From the NCBI RefSeq assembly GCF_006345805.1, contig NC_043002.1, forward strand, positions 80,414,001-80,478,000: a stretch of 64,000 bases of DNA, in the 5' to 3' direction. The notes under the pieces were generated by a model. The model had not been told where the DNA came from, ran no database searches, and was given only the letters and a program-made list of their open reading frames with translations. Source of the stretch: Octopus sinensis. Its lineage: Eukaryota. A program made the position numbers and the translations under genes. Shown here piece by piece: positions 26,111 through 39,808 of the stretch; positions within the stretch are counted from its first letter, which is position 1; every line of letters starts with the position of its first letter.

Positions 26111-26451
26111 CAGACACAGAGATAGGTTGACAAATATAGGCAGGCAGAGACAGGCAGGGAGGGATAGAGAGGAAAAGAGAGAAGCAAAGAAAGGAAGAGA
26201 AAGACAGAGAAAGACAGAGTGAGTGAGCGAGAGAAAGACAGAGACAGACAGACAGACGAGGTCGGAGATAGACAGAGAGGCAGACTGACAGGTTGTGAGC
26301 CTATATATCTGTATGTCGGAGATGAACCAGGGAAATTAACAGAAGTAAAAAGTAAAAGAAGTGAGCATAAAAATTGTAGGATGAGATAATAGAGGGGAGA
26401 AAGAGAAACAGACATAGAAAGAGAGTGAAACTACAGAGGAAGAGAGAAAAT

Positions 26452-26487
<36 letters not shown>

Positions 26488-26796
26488 CAGACAGACAGTA
26501 GGTAAGAGTCAGTGGAAGGGAATTAGATGTCTGTGAGACGATGGAGAAGGGTATTGACAGGTGTCATTGCCGCAGCAATAATTGTATTGAAATGGTGTAA
26601 CGTAAGCGACAGTTATTGAGATCTGTGATGAAAAGATCAAGAAACAATGTCAGAGAAAAGAGCGGAGTTATGAAACAGCAACAACGACGACGACGATGAT
26701 GACGATGATGATGGTAATAATAATAAAATTACTACTAATAATAATAATGATGATGATGATGATGATGATAATAATAATGATAAAAATAATAATAAC

Positions 26797-26846
<50 letters not shown>

Positions 26847-27068
26847 TAATAATGGAATGGGGCAAAAAGTATAACCACAGACACATGCACATACATTCTC
26901 AATGCTATTTGAGAAGGCTTTGTTTTTGTTGTTGTCGATGTCCCTCTTATAAAAGGATTTATCTCTCTCTCTAACATACACACGCACACACATACACGTG
27001 TATGTGTATGTGTGAGTGCGTGTCTGCATATATATATATATATATAAATGTGTGTTTATTATATATAT

Positions 27069-27125
<57 letters not shown>

Positions 27126-27654
27126 TGATATATATATATGGATAGATGTTTTATGTATCATATATACCCTTTATACGTATGATACATATATATTTTTTAC
27201 GTAATATAGATTTATGAAGTGTGTTTGTGTGTGTTTGTTTGTGTGCGCGGTGTTTGTGTGTGTGTGAGAGTGCATGTGTTTGTGTGTTTCGTGATATACA
27301 CGGTAACATAGATAGATTGATTGATAAATATGTATATATATATGAAGTATATTTGTGACTTAAATGTGGCTAATCAGTAAGGGTGGGTGCTACTGTAGCT
27401 TGTTGCCCCAGGAACATCTTCAGTTGGCTATTGACACACTTTCTGTGCCCTATCAGTATTTGTAAAGGGAAGCTATCCTTCCCGTCGGCGACCTGACGTG
27501 ATACGCAAGGGCCCGGGTTTCTGAATTTTTACCCGTCGTCAACGCACGACAATCACCAGTCTTCGATGCGAAGGGGTCCCAATGCAAATACATATATCCT
27601 TTTTCCAGTGACGAAAAGTTACTGGTCTCGAAAAAGTGTAAAAAAGCCATAGTA

Positions 27655-27918
<264 letters not shown>

Positions 27919-28429
27919 TTATACATGTAGATTTATGAGTCTTCACATTTAAGGGAGTAATACAGAGAAATATCTATCCTGAAAACAGACTTATTAAAAA
28001 TATATAAGTCTTGAAATATCGAAAATCCTATACGTCGAATATAACGTAGAAACCATTTCATGTAATTTTTCATTTAGAAAATAAAACAAGTGAAAAGGCA
28101 ATCATTGTAGGTACTCGTACTGCAAAATTTTAATATGATATAAATTTTATTTAAACCTTTGACAGTGTAGTTAAGTAATGTTTAGTTGCATCTATATTAG
28201 AAGCATAAGCTTTTATTGTCTGAAAGTGAAATCGCAATGGACTATATCACTTTCAACCTGTTCAGCGATGTGAAAAAAATGCGGCACTTGTGCTGTCAGG
28301 TTATCTATAGACCGTTGTGACATAATAATTTTGGAGACCCGAGATTTGTACTAGGGTAAATCATAAAAGCGTCTAACTTCAGTTATTTGTCCTTCGGATG
28401 CTGGTCTTTTTTTTATTTCATTGTATTTT

Positions 28430-29960
28430 GTTTACTTATATTTTGTAAATTTTGGTCGCTCTGAACTGTAGGAAATGTTCGTATTCAGCGACACTCTCAG
28501 TTCGGAATATGAAATGGATGGCAACGTCTATAAGCTTCCTCAATGCAGACAGCGTTGACTGTGCTGCGGTGGCTTCCTGATCGTCAATTTTTTTTCTTTC
28601 TACCTTGCCATGTAGAAATCCGTCAGAATCTTGTCATCAATGAGGGTTTGATAGCTATGATCACTTTCATAAATTTCATCCATTCTTGAACAATATTTTC
28701 TGTTGTTTCGGAGTTGTCAGTATTTATAGGAGTGCGCTAAAAGTCGTTTACCTGAAATCCTTCAATATCCAGAGCAGGTTAAGTTTTTTTCAACAAACTT
28801 TTCAAGCTCTTTCTCGAAGTTGAAATCTTCATTTCTTCCAAAGTGCTTCACAGTTTAAAAGGGCAGAATCAACGTTGTAGGCTCGTATTTTTTGAAATAT
28901 TCTGTTCCCTCCTTTCTATATTCTCTATTTTTGTACATCCTCCAACACCAGTACCAAGTTGCATTGGTCTAAGACGGTGTATTTTTCTTTTGGATAGTGG
29001 TTGTGGTGTAGGAAGTAGAAACTCGAATTGCATGCAACAACCTATCATTCTCAAAATATATGCGCAGGCGAGCGCATACAAGTGCAGTTATTTGGTAAAC
29101 TTCGACTGACGCCGGTCCTAGAAGACTTCATCTTCTGACACCACACATAGTTTTCGAACTGAATCGTATACAAATCGGGTAGTCAACAACTATTTCCTTG
29201 GCTGTGTTAGCATGACAAAATAGACATTTTGTCATCCTGATATATTTTATAACAGACTAGCAGTATCGCCCGGCGTTGCTCAGGTTTGTAAGGGAAATAA
29301 CTATAAAGCATTTTTAGAGAGTTATAGCCAAAAAACAGCAAACAAATGGAAAAAAAATGATGGTAAATTTTTTTTTGAGAGTAAAAAAAGGTTGAGTTGC
29401 GTCCCCTAGACAGTCTGTGGTTTGTTTTTTTTATTCTCGACCCCATGTCGAATTTATCGATTTTTTTCAGAACTGGGGGAACTTTTCAAAATTTTCGCTG
29501 CGTTAGTTTTGAATTATGACATTGGGCTATGTGTGTGTCAAGTTTCATCAGAATCGGTTGAAAGCCGTGGTAGAGAGTGAGGGTACGAGAAAACAGACAC
29601 ACAGAAACACGCACAGACAAACTGCCGTTTATATAGAGAGAGATCCCATAACAAGGTCTCAGCATTAGAGTAAAAAACGATGTTGTCAAGAACCGATACT
29701 ACCTGCACATTCTAAGGTGACCCCTTCAGAAGTTCAGGTTAGAGGAATTTATTATCAAAAACATTAAGAATCAGTCACAAAACAGTTCTGAAGTAAACCA
29801 GACATTATATGAGCTGGTGTATATTACAGTTAACCGATTTGTATCTTTAAAGGAGTTTTCTACAAGACACTGAAGGACCATATTTAGTGCTATCAATATT
29901 CTGGTTGAAATAGAAATGTTGCCATTTAGCCTTTCGTTTGTATTCCTTAGAAGCATTTGA
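28430..29960 (-). mobile_element. Decayed pogo/Tigger-like (DDE_1/CENP-B family) transposase, interrupted by a HINE-like element
   Basis: Minus strand SFKDTNRLTVIYTSSYNVWFTSELFCD*F..VVSVLDN, then past the insertion DDKMSI..QG and a C-terminal EW..YQTLIDDKI. These match DDE_1 motifs WMT..LF.DWF, LLLDN and DQG. Confidence 0.6.
29256..29644 (+). mobile_element. Non-autonomous Helentron/HINE-like element
   Basis: ACTAGCAGTATCGCCCGGCGTTGCTCAGG start and CAGACAAACTGCCGTTTATATAGAGAGAG end. Paralog of 19963-20385. Confidence 0.75.
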
Positions 29961-30444
29961 TTTGTTTTGTTTTGTTTTTAATGCCATAAATTTCACAAAC
30001 ACATGCTACAGTGATGCGCTGTTATAATCTATCAATTAACTCAGGTTTCTATGCCACATTTAAGTTCACAGACTTTTTTTTTAAAGTTTTCTGTCACTCG
30101 ATGCCACATTAAATAGTAAGGATTGCAAAATTTTAGAAAAATAAAGTAATCATTGAGTAATCTCAGAAACACTCTGTATCCAGACTAATATTATACTCTA
30201 ACGCAAACTGAGACAAGAAGTGCGTCTGTTCAACTGTTTCTAATGAAATGCAATACAGTTCCGTTTGCATACTTGCACACACACACACACACACACTCAC
30301 GAACGCACACATGCATACGCTGCTCGTCCTCTCTTTCTTCGACTTCTCTACTGAGAAGTTAAGCAGCAAGAAAGCAAAACAAGGAAGCTGAATGCTGTTA
30401 TTCGACCTGCTAGAAATAGTATATATATATATATATGTGACCTC

Positions 30445-30637
30445 GTATGGACCGTTGGCGATTTTTTTCCTCTGTCTTCCCTTCTCTGGATCTTTCCTTC
30501 TCCTATGTTTCCGACGAAGAGCTCCGCTCGAAACGTTAAACCCTCCTTCTTTCCTTCTTTCCTGAGCGTCCAATAATATTATATTTGTTCCACGTCCACG
30601 CCTTGTTGTGTTTTTTTTTGTGCTTTCTTGTTTGGAT

Positions 30638-30645
<8 letters not shown>
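30445..30645 (+). mobile_element. PLE-type terminal repeat fragment with minimal hammerhead motif (30507-30541)
   Basis: GTTT-CCGACGA-AGAGCTCCGCTC-GAAACGTT-AAAC. Paralog of 58085-58285; followed by (TA)n. Confidence 0.65.
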
Positions 30646-30704
<59 letters not shown>

Positions 30705-31950
30705 CAGCTGCACAAATAAATAGAATTTTAATCAGTCGGACACATTAATATAATTTTTTTACTCAACAGAGCAAGAAGATGTTGTCGATATTGTAGCTAA
30801 GAACATACTACACTTCGAAGAAAAGCATGAAGTTTACTGGAGTCATAGCTTATAAAGGATTGTGGTCCATTTCTAATTTATTTATGTTTTTTATCAACTA
30901 CTGAATCTAATACTAGCGGATTGTGTCTGGAATGAAGGGCAAGACTGAGTCGACAGCTTATAGCTAGGTATGGTCATAATATTGTCAAGATATTAGGAGT
31001 AGTAAATTGGGTAGAAACTGTTTATAAGAGGATGGGTTGAGGAAGACCCTAAATCATGATGCTAATTACCAGTTAAAGGGACAAGACGCTAATAAACCCT
31101 AGGATGTTAATACGGAGGAAATTTTATCATGGGGTAATCTAGGTGATTGTTTATACACAATATTTTTATGTTGTATACTGATAAAAATATAAGATTGTCA
31201 AAAATATCATAACCAAAATAAGGTAAAATGTGTATATACATCAATTTTCAACATTAAAAAGGAAATATTATGTAGAATCAGTTTAATATTTCATTCATGT
31301 ACTTAATTATTTACTTATTAGGTAGCTTCTATAAAGACTGCTCTGGGCATTTGCTTATGGAATACAGGGAAGATAAACATGCTATCTATATATTAATTAT
31401 AAGCCAAGAATCAGAAAAACATAAAGACGTGTACAGATACACTCTCATATTTATAAATGTGCACAGATGCATAGACTTAAGTAACTAAAAGGTATCTATT
31501 CAAGAACAAGAAAGATAATTTATAATGGATTAGATGCGAATAGGTTATGCACATATATGATTATATACACATATACAAATATTTATACATTTATATGGAT
31601 ATAGTATAACCATCTCGCATAGACCTAGTAGCTAAAAAATCTATTTAATATCAGTAACAATTTTAAGGGATAAGTGGTTAATAGTTAAGGATATCAAAGT
31701 AAGAAAACAAAATAAGAAATTATAGAAAAAGATAAGAAATATATATATAACTTACATTTAAAGAGACAGGGTATTAAAATTTGAGGCGGGGAAGATATCA
31801 AGGTAACCCTAAAAGAAGAGGTAGTAGGTATGGGCGTAGCGAGGACAGTTAAATTGATGTAATAATTGCATTGTTCAATAAAATGGAACCGCCTGAAACC
31901 GTCGTACTGCATTACTTCCTGCCATCCTGTTGCTTATTTTGATTATATAT

Positions 31951-31982
<32 letters not shown>

Positions 31983-32400
31983 CATATAAAAGAGAAATTA
32001 TAGAAGGAAAACATCTTGACAATAGATCCAAATTCCAAGCCATGATTTAGAGCACAGAACGAAATAAATATAAATGTTATATGTGAAAACTATACATCAT
32101 GTACGATGGGGTCACATACCGAATGGTATGTGAAGCCAACGTACGTGCTGCATAGTCTTCACATGTAATTTTGCATGCAATTTTATTCATTTATTTATAT
32201 AAATTTATATGTATATTTATTTCGTTGCGTGCTATAAATTACGCTTTGGTATTCCTATCGATTGCCTAGCTATGTTCCTTCCCTTACCTTTCGATTTAGC
32301 TTGCAATGGGTACGTCTTAATACAGCCCATATATTATGAAGTACATAATATATGAAAACTTAATTATATATATTTATATATATATAATTTGTAAGAAAAC

Positions 32401-32435
<35 letters not shown>

Positions 32436-32439
<4 letters not shown>

Positions 32440-33722
32440 CAGAGATACCCGGCGTTGCCCGGTTACATTATACTTTTCTGTTATATCTTCTGTAATGAAC
32501 TGGAATATCTATGTTTCGAATTTCATCAAAATTGCAGATCAGGGTTATTTCCCTCTTTACACACCCTAAAAAAATTGTAATCGTGCCACATGTATCCCAT
32601 ACTACTGATTTTTATGCGCATATTCCAAAATGTCAGTCTTATTGAACCTGTAAAAAGATTTTGCTCCTGAAAAATGAAGGTCATGGAGCTCTAAAATGTG
32701 AGAGTTAAGGCCCCTGTTGGGGGTGGGCATCTTAATGTCAACCAGATAAGTTGAATTGTTGAAAATCTTTTAAATTGGGTCTTATATCTATTGTTTGAAT
32801 TTCTTTGAAATAGGAAATATATGTTCACTGGGGTTGTAAAAGAGAGCAAAGCTACAGGGAACCAAAAGACGAATGATCACAATAAGCAGTTAGTTACCCT
32901 GCCCTAGTCGTTACCACTCCCAATGTAGGATTCCTCACCATCCAGGTGACAAGCACAGCCGTAAGATGCATTACAAACCTATAGCAATTGGAACGGCGTG
33001 ACCCAACTGAAATAAACATTAACAACTACGTGACGTGAGGGCTAAGGAGAAATTAAAGTGACACCTCTGGAGTTTGCAGATGACCACTATGCTGATACGT
33101 AACTGGACAGGATAAATTAAAAATCTATAAATGTCTTTGAATAACCAGTCACTCATCTGGCAAGGCCTTAAAATCAATGTTACCATCTGGGGACTATGTG
33201 TGACCGAGTGATAACAAAAAGACTGAAAGGAGGTTTGCAATCAAATAAAGTTACCCAACACTTTGCAACTGAATCAGTGGAGGCAAATATGCCTCTAATT
33301 TACTTGACAATTTATGCAACACATTGCAGAAATCACAATGTAAGTGTATGTCAAAGCAAACTGTTGCACTGTTGTACCATTGAGTAGAAATACTGCCCAA
33401 CTTTTATGATCGGGTAACCCTACAGCTTCCAAGAGTACTACTGTATTCGTTTTTGCTTAGATAAAATGACAAAATTAAGCATGGAGGGGTCTTTCTAACT
33501 TTGTAAGAAGATGAAATTTTATAAATATTACTTCATTTGTGTCTAATATCTATGGTTAAAATTTCATCAACAGCAAAAATATATGAATTGTCATGTGGGT
33601 TAATGCCCTTATGCATAGAATATAATTTCCAAATTTCATAAAGATACATTCAGTACTTTTGACCTAGTTTGGATCATAAACGAAATGACTAAAATCTGGG
33701 AGTTAAGGCTCCCATTAGAGTG

Positions 33723-33724
<2 letters not shown>
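32436..33724 (+). mobile_element. Longer HINE-like element of the same superfamily
   Basis: TTAGCAGAGATACCCGGCGTTGCCCGG start, with internal repeated modules (AATTTCATCAAAATTG, AAATTTCATCAAC, AAATTTCATAAAG). The 3' boundary is approximate. Confidence 0.45.
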
Positions 33725-33766
<42 letters not shown>

Positions 33767-34160
33767 TATAGTGCATTGTTATACCATTGAAGACTTTTTA
33801 TTCTTTACAAACAATACTCAATGCTTCATGCGAACTATAATACACTCATATATATGTATATATGTGTGTGTTGTGCGTGTGTGCATCTGTGTGTCTGTGT
33901 GTATAAACTTATACATACACACGTACATGCATAAATATAATCATATATATATATATATATATAATATATATATATATATGTATGTATTATAGTGCATTGT
34001 TATACCATTGAAGACTTTTTATTCTTTACAAACAATACTCAATGCTTCATGCGAACTATAATACACTCATATATATGTATATATGTGTGTGTTGTGCGTG
34101 TGTGCATCTGTGTGTCTGTGTGTATAAACTTATACATACACACGTACATGCATAAATATA

Positions 34161-34197
<37 letters not shown>
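33725..34197 (+). repeat. Exact tandem duplication of a ~221-bp unit bounded by (TA)n tracts
   Basis: GTATGTATTATAGTGCATTG starts at 33759 and again at 33980; the copies appear identical. Confidence 0.9.
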
Positions 34198-34201
<4 letters not shown>

Positions 34202-34818
34202 ACACATATACATATTAATTTGTTTGCATAGAGGTTTTTTTCTGTATATGTGTGAACAAGTGTTGTTCGATATCTGTTTAGACACTTTTTACTTGCTCAT
34301 TTGTAATCGTCTTGATACCTATACTGTGACCCCTCTGACGATAGGCCGCATGAAATAATAAGTATTTACAGAACACCATTACTTAAAAATGTCTCCCCTG
34401 TTCTGCCGCATGTCTCATCTGCGGTCATCCACTTGGAATAGCTCAAATGTAGTATTAACCCTATCAGTTACCCCTGTTTTAGAACATTTGCAAAATTCAT
34501 GATCATGGAGCTTCTTTCTGAAGAAAAGTTATATAAAATATAGACCCCATTAAGATTTGATCTCAGATCATTGACTTACGAAAATTATCAACAGAATTTT
34601 GTTTGTTTCTTTTGTATTTCTCTTTATTTGAGTTCAGCTTCATAGGCAGTCATTTGGACGAGTTGTCAGAGAGGTAGATATTTTGCTTTCTGGTTGTTAC
34701 CTTTCCGACTCACTGAATTCTGGGCTCAAATACCACGAAGGTCAACTTTACACTTTTTGGAGTCGATATTTCACTTTCGTTCATTGTTTTTGGTTATCTA
34801 GTTTTTACTTATCTGGTA

Positions 34819-35073
34819 GAGAACACCTAAAGTTTCACGAGAATCTGGCAGGGAGTGGTGGCGAATCCTGCTGTACTCTTTCACCTCAACTTTCTTTCTC
34901 ACACTCTTTCTTCCTATTTCTGTTCTACCTGTATTTCAAAGGGCTTACTTTGTCAGCCTGTATGTCACGCTGAATCTCCTCGTAAACTACGTTAAGGGTA
35001 CACGTGTCTGTGGAGGTTGTTCCGTTGATCGGATCAACTGGAACCCTCGTCGTCGTAACCGACGGAGTGCCAC

Positions 35074-35075
<2 letters not shown>
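34819..35075 (+). mobile_element. SINE family C, 3' part
   Basis: Ends GGATCAACTGGAACCCTCGTCGTCGTAACCGACGGAGTGCCAC followed by (TA)n. Confidence 0.85.
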
Positions 35076-35108
<33 letters not shown>

Positions 35109-35651
35109 CACAAACACGCACACATATATGTAGACATCTTTTACATACATTCATACTTGCATACACACATGTTTATATTCGGGCGTAGGCGTATGTTTGT
35201 TGCTGAATTTATTTTCTATTATCTTTATGCTCAAGATTATACAAGTGTTTAGTACAAATAAACATCCATATTTGTTCACGCTCCCACGTTAATAATCAAA
35301 CGTCTTATTTCACTCCCCCATCTCTCTCTTTCTCTCTCTCTCTTTCTCCCTCACTAGACTAACCAGGCCTTTAAAATTTTTTGTTTTGTTTTTGTATGTT
35401 ACTATTACTTCTTCTTTCTAACACCTGTTACATTGAATATCAGTATCACAGAGAAAGTTCCACTTAACAAAAGGTAAACCGTTAATTGATATCCGTGAAA
35501 TCAAATAGGAAACATAGCAAACAAACAAGTTGGCAAGCGCACAAAGATCATCAGATAATGAATCAAGCAAATGAACAGAATAAATATTGATTTGTTACAT
35601 AAGCACAAACTTAGTTTTTCTTGTTGCTATTCGTTAGTTGTGGGTTTCTAT

Positions 35652-35682
<31 letters not shown>

Positions 35683-36576
35683 TATATATATAATATATAT
35701 ATATATGCAGGCAATGTGGTGTATACAGTCAATTGAATTGCCTTTTAGTATGTTTATATATCTAATGCCTAGTTTATTGACTTTTTAAGAAATGAAAGGT
35801 GAAATTTGACCACCAGCATGATTTGAAATCAGACAGTTAAGAAACTGGATCTTTTTCCTGTCTGCCATATCGTCGCCTAATATAATCAAATTTTGATGTA
35901 TTTCGATTAGGCACAGAGCCAAATTTTCTTTTTTATTTTTATATATTTCTTATAAAGAAATATATAGTAAGAGTCAGTCGATTATATTTATACGTTACTC
36001 GTTCTAAATTTATTCAAAGGAATAAAATATATACCAGAAATAAAATGAAAGCCACTATATTAAGTAGTATGAAAGAGAAAAATTTATCAAAGTGTCAGTA
36101 TATAGACGTTCAACGTTTATAATAACACACAATGGATTCTTCGGTCTCTGGATTTCCTCTTAGTTTTTTTTTTTATCGCTTTGATGTTATGAAAGATAAA
36201 TTGATAACAGTTGGGTTTTCAATTTTAGATTTTGTTGGAAGGTATGCAGGCAGTGTATTGACATAACGTCGATAGAGCATCGGATAGAATGCCGTACCTT
36301 GAGATATTTGGTCCGGTTAACTGCGCTCTGCGTTCAATCCTGTTGAAATTGACTTTCTTTATATCCTTCACATAGTTTCAGCCAAGCACACGGATTAATT
36401 TATTCGATCCCTTTATTCTTTTCTTTTTCTTTTTTTCTATTTACTTCTCTCTAAATCGGCTACTTTGCACAACATGAAAGCTAGTGATAGACCATTCGCA
36501 AAGAGCTTTTCTCCAGAATACAAGATAATGAAAAAAGGTGCAAAAACATAATAAAGGGCCACCCAGTCAGACATAC

Positions 36577-36739
36577 CTGAGAATCTACCACATAATACCA
36601 ATAAGGCATCCCCACGAATTCTACCAAATTCCACTGTAATCGTCTTTTGCAATCTTGATTTTCTCAAATTGTAAGCAATCTCTCCAGCTTTAGTCGAGCT
36701 GTGAAGAGTGCCACATTTCTGGGGACTACTTATTTTGCT
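36577..36739 (-). CDS. Candidate internal coding exon, unknown product
   Basis: TTTTTCTAG acceptor and CAG|GTATGT donor flank 163 nt with a single open frame: SKISSPQKCGTLHSSTKAGEIAYNLRKSRLQKTITVEFGRIRGDALLVLCGRFS. No family recognised. Confidence 0.25.
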
Positions 36740-37323
36740 CTAGAAAAACTAGATAGACATTTGGTATAATTTTTAACCCACAAGCGGTGATTTTGTTTCT
36801 ATGGAATTTTTATAGGACAAATAAATCCCCTTTATATTATATTCAAAAGGAAAATTAAAGTAACGACTTGAAGCAGACACATGCTGCAGTCATCGCCTAA
36901 ACTGATTTGACGTCAAATCAACAAGGAGGATACTAAACAGCCGCTGAACATGTAGTAATCTGTAAAGAACTGAGATGGTTTCTTATAGAAGTGACAGAAC
37001 GTATTTTGCTTGCGTAAGTAATTTTACTTATAAGCTGTTGAATGCATACATATTTTGCATTAAATCAAAAGTTTTCCTTTATAGCTGCAAACTCAGATCG
37101 TTCAATTTGTCATAAATGTCAGTTAAAATCACATGTGGACGAATAAATTGACATAAAGTCTCACAATTTATTTGTTAGTATTAATGAGTTATAAATAAAA
37201 CTTGAGCGAGTGCCGCGCAAAGCTGGAAAAAAGGATATAAAAAGAAAGCTTTTTTACAGCTAAAGAATTCCATTTGGGAGAAGTTATTTTCCAAATAATC
37301 ACTACCATTTTGTCATAATTGAT

Positions 37324-37692
37324 CGTGGCACTCCGTCGGCTACGATGATGAATGTTCCAGTTGATCCGATCAACGGAACAGCCTGCTTGTGAAATTAACG
37401 TGCAAGCTGCTAAGCACCCACAGACACGTGTACCCTTAACGTAGTTCACGGGAAGATTCAGTGTAACACAGAGTGTGAAAAGGCTGGCCCTTTGAAATAC
37501 AGGTAAACAGAAACAGGAAGAAATAGTGAATGATAGTTATGGTGAAAGAATACAGGGTTTGCCAGAGCCTCTTGGAACTTTAGGCATTTTCGCTTAATAA
37601 ACACTCACAACGCCCTGTCTGGGAATCAAAGCCGCGATCCTACGACCGCCGCGAATTCTCTGCCCTAACCACTAGGCCATTTCGCCTCCACC
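37324..37692 (-). mobile_element. tRNA-derived SINE family C, full length (body variant 1)
   Basis: Minus-strand head TGGCCTAGTGGTTAGGGCAG..GATTCCC and tail CCGACGGAGTGCCAC. Confidence 0.85.
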
Positions 37693-37954
37693 ATAATTAC
37701 TAGAATAATATAATTATACTCTAGTTCAAAGCCCTAGTTTTGGTTATGTTAACATCGAAAAATTACTAAAATCTAGAGGTGAAAACAGCTGCTCATGAAG
37801 GTTTTTAAGGACACCACGTTGATGATGCCTTGCACAGTAAATTGCTAATAGATTAGACATTTCCTGTTTCCTTGATACTGGACCAGCTTCACAAATTGAG
37901 GGATCGGCATCATATGCTCATGTTATAAAAGTGATGGGAATATATTGCTGATAA

Positions 37955-38150
37955 GGCAGCGCGAGCTGGCGGGACCGTTTAAAGGTCGAGCAAAATGCTT
38001 AACTGTATTTCATCAGTCTTTACGCTCTAAGTTCGAATTCTGCGGAGGTTGACTTTGCTTTTCATCCTTTCAGGTTGGATAAAATAAGGGCAAGTTGAGT
38101 AATGAGGTTGAAATTGCTGGCCTTGTGCAAAAAATTGAAACCAATGTAAT
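37955..38150 (+). mobile_element. SINE family B
   Basis: GCGAGCTGGC..AAATGCTT..GTTCGAATTCTGCGGAGGTTGACTTTGCTTTTCATCCTT. Confidence 0.8.
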
Positions 38151-38269
38151 GCCAAATTTCAAGATAATTTGTTAATTTTTGAAAACTGTTTGTCCTTTGT
38201 TTCTGTTTTCAACGATTTACAGAGAAAAAAATGCTCATATATCTTGTTTACGTTAATACAGAAGACGGG

Positions 38270-38596
38270 GAGCACTCCGTCGGTTACGACGACAAGTGCC
38301 ACAGCTGATACGATCAACGGAACAGCTTCCCCATGAAATTAACTTGCAAGTGGCTGACCACTTCACAGACACGTGTACCCTTAATGTTCTCAGGGAGATT
38401 CAGCGTGACACGGTGACACAGTGTGACAAGGCTGACCCTTTGAAATATAGGTACAACTCTTTTTATCAAACTGAGTGTACTGGAGCAACGTGAAATAAAG
38501 TGTCTTGCTCAAGGATAGAACGCATCGCCGCGAATTGAACTCACGACCTTACGATCGTGATCGGAATGCCCTCACCACTAAGTCACACACCTTCAC
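38270..38596 (-). mobile_element. SINE family C, full length (body variant 2)
   Basis: tRNA-like head, CTTGAGCAAGACACTTTATTTCACGTTGCTCCAGT core and the shared family C tail. Confidence 0.85.
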
Positions 38597-38959
38597 TTAC
38601 GTTAAAAAAATGTACATAGATCATCAATAAATTCTCACAGATTGATACACCTGATTTGCTAACTAAAATCAGTTTTTTCTTAATTTTCTACGCGCAGCTG
38701 GTTTGTAATACCCTGCATTATTTTTCGTCGGTCCGGTGAAATACAGTGTTATTACTGAGAGGAACAGATATTCAGATATTTGTATCTATTTTAAGGACCA
38801 GGGGGAGATTTTCATAAACTGAAAATCGTATTTGTTGATCTACAGATCTATTTGTATGTAACAATGAGGTAATTGTCGAGTTTTAATTGGGTTAGCTTTT
38901 AAATACTTCTAGATTTGGGCATCTTTCAAACATTTCCTTCTCTTTTGACAAAACGCCAT

Positions 38960-39150
38960 CAATTTTGAGGGAGTAGGTGAATCGATTACATCGACAAACC
39001 CAAGTGTTCATCTGATATTTATTTTATAGAAAACCCGAAAGGATAAAACGCAACGTCAATCTTGGCGGAATTTGAATTCAGAATGTAAGAACTGACGAAA
39101 TGCCTTTAAGGATTTTCCCCGGCGCGCTAACGGTTCTGCCAGCTCGCTGC
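38960..39150 (-). mobile_element. SINE family B
   Basis: Reverse complement of the GCAGCGAGCTGGCAGAACCGTTAGCGCGCCGGG head. Confidence 0.8.
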
Positions 39151-39189
39151 TATTTTTTCTAACTATAGTATATATTCTTTTCTATTCAA

Positions 39190-39389
39190 GGCACAACTCT
39201 CGAAATTTGGTGGGGGAGGGGGCCAGTTGATTAGATCGACGTCATTACACAACTGGCATTTAATTTATCGACCCCGAAAGAATGAAAGGCAAAGTCAACC
39301 TCGCAGGAAATTGAACTCAGAACCTAAAGACAGACGAAACGCCGCTAAGGATTTTCCCCGTCGTGCTACGGTCCTGCCAGCTCGCTTCC
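39190..39389 (-). mobile_element. SINE family B
   Basis: Second adjacent minus-strand copy. Confidence 0.8.
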
Positions 39390-39496
39390 TTTTTTGTAAC
39401 TATGATATTTATTGCACGCATTTTTTATTTTTTAAATGTTTTGTTTGCAAAAAGTGTCTTTTTTTTTTTACATTTTCCGGTATAGTAACTCTATTA

Positions 39497-39808
39497 AGTG
39501 GCACTTCGTCGGTTACGACGAGCATTCCTGATGATCCGACCAATGGAACAGACAGTTTGTTAAGTTATTGTGCATGTGGCTGAGCACGCGTAACGTTAAC
39601 GTAGCTTTCAGTGAGAATCAGCGTGACACAGAATGTGACAAAGCCGGTCCTTCAAAATACAGGTGCTACTCATTTTTAGTAGCTGAGTGGGCTGGAGAAA
39701 CGTAAACTAAAGTGTCAAGTTCAAGGACACAACGCGACCCAAGAACTGTACACACGACCTTACGATCGTAAGTCGATTAAACTAATCGCTAAGACACGCG
39801 CGCTCCAC
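39497..39808 (-). mobile_element. SINE family C (body variant 2)
   Basis: GGCACTTCGTCGGTTACGACGA..GTGACACAGAATGTGACAA..TTACGATCGT; homologous to 38270-38596. Confidence 0.8.
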
